Below are positions 55,692 to 64,000 of a DNA stretch of 64,000 bases, piece by piece; the first letter of the stretch is position 1, and every line of letters begins with the position of its first letter. The stretch is from assembly GCA_013265495.1 (NCBI GenBank), contig MU058636.1, forward strand, positions 5,057,741-5,121,740, written 5' to 3'. The position numbers and the translations under genes were made by a program. Source of the stretch: Vicugna vicugna (taxonomy: Eukaryota). Under the pieces are notes generated by a model. That model was not told the origin of the DNA and made no database searches. It was given only the letters and a program-made list of their open reading frames with translations.

Positions 55692-56006
55692 TCAGTGGAG
55701 AAGTGTCGATGACATTGTACGACGTGCCCGAGGAAAGGGATATATATTGGTGTGGCTCTCGAGGAAAATCCAGTCTGCCACAGTGAGTGACTTAGCAGCA
55801 GGTGTGCTTGCCTCTTTTAGTTTCTGGTTCCTCCTCCTTTGCCTGGCCTTGATCCCCAACTCCATTTTTCTTGTGAGCTCTAGAGCCTTTGGGAAATGTT
55901 GACCTTTCTGACTCCTGACCCTTAGCTCTGATTCCATGCCAGTGTCAGCTTTCCTTCCTTTGTCTTTCTTTTTGTACTTCACTGGTACCCTCGGTTCACA
56001 TGCCAT
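55692..56006 (-). CDS. Candidate 104-aa Lys/Arg-rich protein (MACEPRVPVKYKKKDKGRK...), unidentified
   Basis: open frame in sequence I do not recognise as a repeat and that retains CpGs; splice acceptor 20 nt upstream of ATG; GC-box cluster upstream. Confidence 0.35.
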   Translation of the reverse strand: MACEPRVPVKYKKKDKGRKADTGMESELRVRSQKGQHFPKALELTRKMELGIKARQRRRNQKLKEASTPAAKSLTVADWIFLESHTNIYPFPRARRTMSSTLLH

Positions 56007-56529
56007 CGACACTTTGATTAAAATGCCTGCAGAGCTTAAGAAGGAGAAATAATGCTTGCAGCTATAGTAATCTAACCCAAAAGACGAGTACAACAGAAGT
56101 AGTTAACCCCCTTTGCCTGTAAAGTTTTATATTTCCCTTTTCCCCCACGGCAGTCTACAGTTATTCCTGCTGAAAAAACAAAACACTAAAGCTAGAGCAT
56201 TCAAACCCAGAAAGCAACTAATTTAAAAGAAAATGGTTTGCATTTGAAGAGGCTTATTTTCTTGGCAGAAGGATTTCAAATGTGGAGCTTCCTTCATAGA
56301 TGGGTGTGTGTAAGGGATCAGTGAATAAGGTGCAGAGCTGTTCGGAGCTCAAGGATTTGCAGCCACAAGCAGTGGAAGACGAAACAAAAGACCACCCAAA
56401 CACGGTGTTACTGCGAATGGGAAGTGTGGGTTGAGAATTGGTTAGAAGAGATATAAGGAATCTTACATATAAGGGAAGATATGAAATAGCTGAATGAGGA
56501 AGGAGAGAGGATTTCTTGGATAAAAAGCT

Positions 56530-56600
56530 GTGCTGTGCGGCTCCCGTCCCCGCCCCGCCCCGCCCTCCACACACGCGTAGTGGGGGGCTTGCTGGCTGTC
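56530..56600. promoter_or_regulatory. GC-box cluster / small CpG-rich patch
   Basis: ccccgccccgccccgccc (three Sp/KLF-type boxes) at 56548-56565. Confidence 0.5.
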
Positions 56601-57384
56601 CTGGCTCAGCTGAGGAGCTGAAGAGGACCAAGACAGCTGGAGGGAGGCTGGCTGCACCCAGGCAGTGCCCGGGCAGTGCTACTCTCCCCTCTGCTGGCCT
56701 GGCAGGTCCACAGCATGAATCCCGGGCACTAGGTGTGGAACCTGGTGGAAATGGCTCGGCATCATTTAAAAGAGATTTTGTCCGAGAAAATTCCCTGCCA
56801 GGCTAAGGCCTGCTCAGCAGTAAGAGTTGTGGGGGATTCCAAGAGCTGAAGTGGAGTAGGGGAGTCTAGAGGGCACCCAGAAGAGGGGGATGGCTCAGGA
56901 GGGAGACCGAATAACCCAGGAAAGTTCCCATGAAGGAAAGAATCTGCTAGAAGCATCTGCCAAGCCTGAAGAGCCTTCAGTGTGTTAAGTACTTTATTAT
57001 TATATCTTTGAATCCTTTCCAGAAGGATTCCCTGTTGGACAGTTACTATTATCTCCATTTATAGATGAGATAACTGAGACTTAGGGGTCTGATAACAAAT
57101 ATGATTGATTTATAGCCTGGTTCAAACAGTCCCTGGCATTGGTACCCTGGGACATGGGGACACCTTAGTCTCAAAACTTCACTCCTCCCTCAAGGGCCCT
57201 TTGGAAGGGATCGCTTTAAAGGTGACCATAGACAGGTTGCTTTTCACCTTCTGTCCAGATTCCCATTGCCTCAGGCTCCAGACACCACACTGAGCCACAC
57301 CATGGTCCCCCAGACCTCCCAGCTTCCCTCTCCCCATTTGTCTTGCAGAGCTGAGTTGAAGATGGTGTCCCTTCCCTGCCAGGC

Positions 57385-58440
57385 TTAAAAACTTTTAGAA
57401 GAAAATGTAGGACAATGTCTTTATGGCCTTGGAATAGATAAAGATTTCTTAACCAAGACACAGTATGCTCTAGCCATAAAGGAAAAGATTCAGCTTGACT
57501 GTATTAATGTTAATAATTTTTTTAATATCTTTTTTTGTTTGTTTGTTTTAATAGAGGTACTGGGGATTGAAACCAGGACCTCGTGCATGCTAAGCATGTA
57601 CTCTACCACTGAGCTACACCCTCCAAGCCAAGAGCTTCTGTTCATTAAAGGACATTATAAAGAAGGTGAAGAGCCACACCACAATCTGGAGTAGGATAAC
57701 TGCACCATATAAAACTGGCAAAGATTAACATCTGGAATTTAGAAAGAGCTCCTGTTGTCAGTGAAAAAAAGACAACCCAATAGAAGAAAGGACAAAAAAA
57801 CCTAACAGGCATTTCACACAAGAGGAGCACACAAATAGTGAATAAACTTGACTCATTAGTAATCAAGGCAATGCTAATTCAGACCTCAACCAGAAGTCAT
57901 TTTACACCCACTAGATTAGAAACCGTAAGAAGTTTGCTAATACCAAGTATTGGAAAGGATGTGGATAAGAGAAATTTTCATATGCGTTGCCACAAAGAGT
58001 TTAAGTGTAATGTTTTGTATGTCCTATGACAGAGCAATTCCACACCTAATATATACTCTGGAGAAACTCTCACATGTGGACATTGTGAAATGTAAATATG
58101 CAGCTGTGTTCACAAAGTGAAAATGAGCGAACATGGATGAATCTTAGTACCAGAATGTTGAGTGAGAAAGCTGTATGCATATAAGGTGTTATCACATATG
58201 TTAGTAATACATGCATATGTAATAACACTATATACTTAATATGTAAAAAAGCAAGGGAATGAGAAACCTGACATTCAAGAAAGGGGTTACACCTGCAGGG
58301 GCACAAGGCTGGGATAGGAAAGGAGCACGGAGACACAATAGCAGTGTTTCTGTTCTGTGTGGTTTTATAACAGGCACTCCGTTTACTATTATGCTATGTG
58401 ACACATTACATATATTTTTGTTTGTGTATTAAGTGCATTA
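57385..58440 (+). mobile_element. Old L1M 3' fragment (interrupted by SINE)
   Basis: aaaacttttagaagaaaatgtagga..aaagatttcttaa..gacaacccaatagaa..acatggatgaatct. Confidence 0.8.
57516..57624 (-). mobile_element. tRNA-derived SINE (camelid vic-1-like)
   Basis: reverse complement ggagggtgtagctcagtggtagagtacatgcttagcatgcacgaggtcctggtttcaatccccagtacctc + A-rich tail; Pol III A and B boxes. Confidence 0.85.
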
Positions 58441-59296
58441 AAAGAAGGTTAAGAGGATGCCTGTCCTAATTCTGGACTCAGATGTATCTGGTGGATTTGG
58501 GGGTATGAGACTTGCACGAGAGCCTAGTGTATTGGGGTTAAGATCTTTCAACCCAAGGGAGAAGGAACCAGTCCCACCCCCTTCCCCACGGAAGCTTTGG
58601 TTTCCAGATAGAAGGGCCTTCCTAGAAGAGCTTGTACTTTTTCTCACTGAATTGGCTCCTGGACCAAGTCTGTGCGCTAAAGAGAAAGGCCTGGAAGTAA
58701 ATAGCAATAGCTCTGTTACCCAAACATTAAAAATCCCTGGGAGAGAAGCTGTCCTGATTAGAACACCTCTGACTGAATGTCACTTAAAAAGGGAGGGGAG
58801 CTCTGAGTGCACTGTGAGGGCTCCGAGGAGGAGGCGATGCAGGCGGGAGGGCTCAGGTCTGGGGAGGTGGCCCTCGTGCCTCTCCTACGAGTCGGTGACC
58901 CTGGGACACTTGAGGTGCCAGCGAACCTGCTGGATGTAGGCTCAACGTCCAGGGAACACTGTGTGAGAGACCGGTGCATCCACAGCAGCGTGGAAAAAGA
59001 CACTTGGAAATGCCTTGCAATACTTGGTGACACGCCTCTGACCTCATCTATATCCATAGTCATCTGTTTGTTTCTGTTTAAGAGAATGAGATTTATAAAA
59101 TGCTGTCTTTCGGTTTATTGGAACATAGTAGCAGCAGTGTCTCTGTCTCTGCTTCCCTTCCTTCCTGTCTCCCTCCCGCCTTCTGATAGGATTATTGCGC
59201 TAGATTTACCGACCGTTTCCAGTCGGGCCCCAACAAGAGTCCTCCTGCCTGGTGTCACTCATGCTAATAGAACCAGAGTTTGCATTTAAGGTTAAT

Positions 59297-59413
59297 CTAT
59301 GAAAAATTAACTGAAAACTGTGTTGTCTGTTGGAGAACCCTTACAATATAGGACAATTCAACTGCAACATTTCTAAGTATTTTTAAACCTTCATATTTTG
59401 ACTATTGCTTAAC
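59297..59413 (+). repeat. Inverted repeat, left arm
   Basis: reverse complement of 60622-60741; first 37 nt match 36/37. Confidence 0.9.
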
Positions 59414-59509
59414 TCTGAAGAGTTTGGTTCAGAAGCCAAGGGAAGGTTTACTCTCTGATCAAAGAAAAGAAGTACTAGCTCCACCCTACAGGACACACTC
59501 TGCCCACCA

Positions 59510-60240
59510 GCTGTGGCGGGGAACTGCGTCCCGCAGCAGGGAAGGCAGAGTTCTCCCGCGCAGGCGCAGCTCTGCCGCTCCCGGTCGCTCCCGATGCAGT
59601 GCGGGGCGCAGCCTCACTGCACACGGCCCGCCTCACTGCACACGGCCCGCCGCCCCACCGTCTTGAACAGCCGTCTGTGCCGCGCTCCTGGACGCGGCCT
59701 GAGGCACAGCTGAGGAGCAGCAGCACACTTCATTTTAGGAACTCTGAGGTGCTGGTGTGGATGTGCGGCCTCTGCACATGGCACCCTGTGAACCAGTGAA
59801 ACTAGAGTAAGCACAAAGGAAAAGAAAACAAAAAAAGGTTAGACTTTATTTTATTACCCAGGTTCTATTTTTATTTCCCAGAAATTGTTAGTGGGCTTTG
59901 CTGGTAACACTAGCTCTAAGCACAGGCCCCTAGTTGCTACTATTTGTTCTTATAGGGGTTTCTAAATATTTTTCCAGAAATACAGGGTACAGTTCCCCAG
60001 GAAAAGCGTGAATGTGCGTCGCCTTGGTTTCAGGGCGGCTCCCCCCCCTGCCCCCCGCCTCCCTCCGCCTACCCTCCCGCCGCCCCCTCGCCGCCTCCCC
60101 ACCCCTCGCCGCCTCCCCCCCTCCCCGCCACTGTGGCGCCCTCTCCCTCCCTTGGTCTGACCGCCTGATTCACTTCCGTGGGGATGCTCTGCTGCGCTGC
60201 TTTTCTTTCCAGAGCTGCGAGGCAGGTAAGCCTGCGTTAG
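59510..60240. promoter_or_regulatory. Bipartite CpG-rich promoter-like region
   Basis: dense CpG at 59510-59720 and 60005-60240; NRF1-like gcgcaggcgca 59558-59568, MREs 59618-59629 and 59637-59648, GC boxes, ETS cacttccg 60171-60178, donor CAG|GTAAGC at 60225. Confidence 0.7.
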
Positions 60241-60621
60241 TGTTTTCATTTTGCCCTTTCTCTGGCATTGTGCATCTTAACTCGAAACATTCTGAACAAA
60301 CCTCTTAAGGATCTTTACATAATGTCAGAATTTTATGTGTAAATGCCAAGGTTGACAAACTGCTCAGAGAAGTTTAATTAAAAACTGAGGAAGCTTATTT
60401 GGAAATTGAGAAGTGGCATTTTGTTTGCTCCTAAATATATTTACACGTCAAGAGAATATAATATGATGCTAGAACCCAAGAATACTGAGCACGTGTTAAC
60501 TGATTCTTAGGGCTAAAGCTCAAGTGTATCCTTCCATACAAATTATGAGGCTCCAAGCTAATTCAACAATTCAAATCTCTGTATAGCTAACAGTTGTCAA
60601 CCCCTAACAGTTGTCACTTAT

Positions 60622-60741
60622 GTCAAGCAATAGTCTAAACATGAAGGTTTTAAAGCACTTCTTAGAGATTTTGCAATTGAGTTGTTCTATGAAGTAAGGA
60701 TGCGCCAACAGACAACATAGTTTTCAGTTAATTTTTCATAG
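60622..60741 (-). repeat. Inverted repeat, right arm
   Basis: reverse complement of 59297-59413. Confidence 0.9.
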
Positions 60742-60964
60742 GTCAGCTTGACATGAGATTGCCAAATCAATACGCTGAAGCATTGGAATGGCAGTCTCAC
60801 TGCACCAACAGTTACAGCTGGATGTACAAAACTGGCGTTTTGTAAGGTCAAGGTTTTACCATCAGAAGTCTAAACATCCTTAGATTTTAGCAGAAAGCAT
60901 CAGCTTCATTCTTAGCCTCAATCTTGATGGTAATAGGAGAGTTAATTGGGGCCTTTAATAGAAC

Positions 60965-61340
60965 GTCTGGTCTAGGCTGCAAGAAAAAGAAAATCCCCAA
61001 TTCAATGGACTTAAACAAAAAAGAAAATATATCACATATAACAGGAAGTCTGGCCTAAAAACCCAAGTTGGGGTAAAGTTAGGACCCAGGTTCCTACTGC
61101 TCAGCATCTTGGCTTATCCTTATGGTTGCAAAATGGCTGCAGCAGTTCCTGTCACATCTAGTTGTGATTATCAGCAGAGGAAGGGGGGTTTTCTTTGTGT
61201 CTCTTTTTATTAGGAAAGTTGTCTTTTCCACACTTCCTCCCCAACCCCTGCCAGATTTTTGCTAGTACATCTTTGACCAGAATGTATTAATACACATACC
61301 TTCACCAGTTACTTGATAAGAAGAATAAAATTATCATAAC
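60965..61340. mobile_element. Old LTR remnant (MLT1/LTR33-like)
   Basis: ggctgcaag..acttaaacaa..cacatataacaggaagtc..tggttgcaaaatggctgcagcagttcc. Confidence 0.45.
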
Positions 61341-63379
61341 TCGTTTAATTGATACCTTGTTTTATTTGACCAGTTTATGAGGTGTTGAGTAATACATGAA
61401 TATATTCTTTTTGTATGTAACAAAGCCAGGGCCACATGATATTAAAGCTTTAGAATTAACTTCTGTCTGGAGGCTTTGCACAGTTTTGAGATCTGTAAAT
61501 TACTTTTATGAGTGAGAGAATTTCATCATTGTTATCAGCATTATTTTCTCTAAGATTCCCATGTTTGTTAATATTCCTGACCTGCCAGGAAATGAAATTC
61601 TTTACTATCTGTGAGACAGGAATATTATAAATCACAGAGCAGACAGGTTTTCCTAGGAAGATTTTGTAGATGTAGTCTTTATTTCTTAACTTTGGGCCTA
61701 TCTCATCTAATTAAATGAAATTTTTGGTATAGGCAATATTCAGTTACATTCTGGTGAGAAAAGGTCATGGTCATAAGTAGTAATTCCCTCCAGACATAGA
61801 TAAGCTGTATCAGTTTGGTTAAATCTTTTTAAAAAATTTATAAATAGGACATTTCATAAAAAGTGAGAAACTTAATAATAAAGGTAATTTTCACATTATT
61901 AAATCTTGGTTATCACTGTTTTGTAAGCCAATCAATACATGTCATTATAATAAAAAATATTTTAAACTTAATATATTAACTCATAATTTATATCTCATGG
62001 ACAAGATCTCTCAGAATTTTTTTTTTCTTTTAAATTTCAACTGTTCATTTGGGATGAAATGCCATGTTAGGACTGATTCATTCCAGTGTATGAGTAGATA
62101 TATCCCTTTAAATTGAGGGTGAGAGATAGATTGAATATTTTTCTAATGTAGATTTAAGTAAAATATTAATCATAATGAAATCAGTACTCACAAACTTTTT
62201 CAGAACACATATCCACCTTTGTTATTGTCACCTTTCAATTTGTTGCAAACATTGAATTTATTATACAATTTACTTATAATTTAAAAGTTCTTTGCCACGT
62301 GTGTGAATGTGTGTGCGCACTGAGGGAGGTGAAGATGTATTTAATAGTACCTTCAGGATCCAAAGCAGAGAGCATTTTCTGCTACTGGTCTTGATTTTCT
62401 TTTATACTTCTAGACACATTCCCAGCAGGGTCTTAATATAGTTAAATTAGCTCATAATGTCTAAAGGGAGAAAATGGCCTCCTAGGTGGCACATTATGAT
62501 GCCCTTCTGAGAAAAGTATTACAGCAAAAGTTGGACCTAATTGTAAAAACATTAAACTTATAAAAGCATGAAATTGCATCTTAGGGTGTACATAAATTAA
62601 TATCGTCTTCATACTGGAGGTTTTTCCATGTGTATCGCTCAGATTCAACCACACACGGTTATGCTTTTGCACCACTGAGGACTGCTTTGCAAAGCTGTGT
62701 TGTCTGCTGAAAACAAAGCAAGAAAAGGAAAGGAAAAGAAAAGAATCACCCAGAATAGTTTGAGCTGGTTGAGGAGTGAAAGATACTTCATTAAGATTGC
62801 CTCTCTTGGATTCCACCTCCTATGTTTTCCTCTGTGGACTGATGACCTCCGAGAATCCACGGGGCTTACCTTTCCAGGCCTCCTGGTCCTGTGTGAAACC
62901 CGCATTCTTACATCCAAAGGATCAGGACCAGGCCACATGGCCCAGTTGCTGCCACTTAAAGCCAGCTGCAGTGTAGATTTGTTTGCAGAGGACTATACAG
63001 TATTGCAAATGCCAAGCAGCATTGTTTTGTGGAGTCAGCCATCCCTGAACTCACTAGAAAGCACCACTGAGATCTGTGGATTCTGAGCATGTTGTGTTGA
63101 TAACACAGAAAGGCAGAGGGAAAAAGAACACGCTCCTGCTTATGTAGCAGTTTTTTATTCTTCTGGTTTTAAATAGGAGTAACCTTTTTTGGGCAGCAGT
63201 TTGAAAATGGCCCTTTCTAGAAAATGCTTCTCTAGCGTATGTGTAAATTGGTGGTAAAATATTCACTTTGGGATGAGCTGCAAGGAGCTCCACCTTCCGA
63301 AGCAGGCAGAAAGGGTGTGGGTTCTGAGATCAGAAGGAACAGATTCCTGATCTCAGCTTTGTGATCTTAAGCAGATTCT

Positions 63380-63997
63380 AGTTGATTCTCATTTTTCATG
63401 GTAGTTCTGCTCAATGAAGTTGCTGTGAATCCTAAACCACTGCTCCTAGGGGACACACCAGGTTAGCTTCCTGTGAGCCTCTGCTCACAACATCTTTGTC
63501 AGCTGATCGATAACGTACCTTTGTTTTATGTGTGTTCCTGTTTAAAGACAACATATTTAATATGTTTTGTTGCTTCATTAACATTGGACTCGCAGCCTAG
63601 AGGACTACAGCGCAAGCCTGAAGGAAGCTTATCTAACACACATTTCCTCTGTAAAGCACATTGCAGCCTTCTTGTATGTGGGAACACCAGACAGCACCTC
63701 AGCACTACATTTAGAGGCCATATATACAGGGAAATCACCAACAGAATGTAGAAAATGCAAAAAAGATGATACTAAATAGACAGTGAAAAGGACACTTAAC
63801 CTTATGAGAACTAAAACAAGAAGGCAGAGCATTGCCTTGTTGGACCTCAGCTGGATTGACTCAGATTTTTCGCTGCTCTGCACATGACCACAAATGACCG
63901 TTCCAAGTGCTGCAAGTTTTGATTTGGGGCTACAAATAAATTTTAGGGAGTAGACGAATTCTTTAATATGGAATCCATAAGGAATGAGGATCAATTG
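63380..63997 (-). mobile_element. TcMar-Tigger element (MER82-like), longer copy
   Basis: minus-strand MASKCSAEVLSGVPTYKKAAMCFTEEMCVR transposase remnant; homologous to 11123-11632; ends aatgaggatcaattg. Confidence 0.8.
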
Positions 63998-64000
63998 CAC

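Noticed and set aside
57550..57624. Possible tRNA gene
   Set aside because: Imperfect stems, A-rich tail and insertion into an L1 indicate a SINE
58438..59289. Two 160-aa ORFs plus antisense ORFs
   Set aside because: Open on both strands in GC-richer sequence, with no recognisable domain or convincing splice structure
59424..60308. Many Arg/Pro/Gly-rich ORFs
   Set aside because: Expected from stop-codon scarcity in CpG-rich DNA
62697..63086. 129-aa plus-strand ORF
   Set aside because: Non-ATG start, no recognisable homology, and the Lys-rich start is just the complement of a minus-strand polypyrimidine tract
1..64000. CRISPR arrays, rRNA, operons or other prokaryotic systems
   Set aside because: Sequence is intron-rich mammalian DNA; no regularly spaced repeat-spacer array or rRNA-like segment seen

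Overview
Mammalian genomic DNA, most likely camelid, judged from a vic-1-like tRNA-derived SINE and lineage-type L1 3' ends. The first ~38 kb is the 3' half of the cohesin regulator PDS5B on the + strand: 14 coding exons (6879-35342) with canonical GT-AG junctions that join into one 646-codon frame ending ...VRRRSSKRERR*, then a ~3 kb 3'UTR with proximal and distal AATAAA signals. Introns and the intergenic DNA are filled with L1, L2, MIR, MaLR and Tigger-family repeats; repeat boundaries are approximate and subfamily names come from memory of consensus sequences. The unexplained part is ~55.6-63.1 kb. It holds (i) a candidate spliced minus-strand gene for a 104-aa basic protein behind a GC-box promoter, (ii) an orphan CpG-rich promoter-like region with two tandem perfect metal-response elements plus NRF1 and ETS motifs, enclosed by a ~120-bp inverted repeat, and (iii) a strong minus-strand GT-AG intron suggesting a further spliced transcript. 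Inside PDS5B there is an 81-bp near-perfect direct repeat bracketing one exon, a chimeric retro-insertion, and tandem splice sites. No database search was run.
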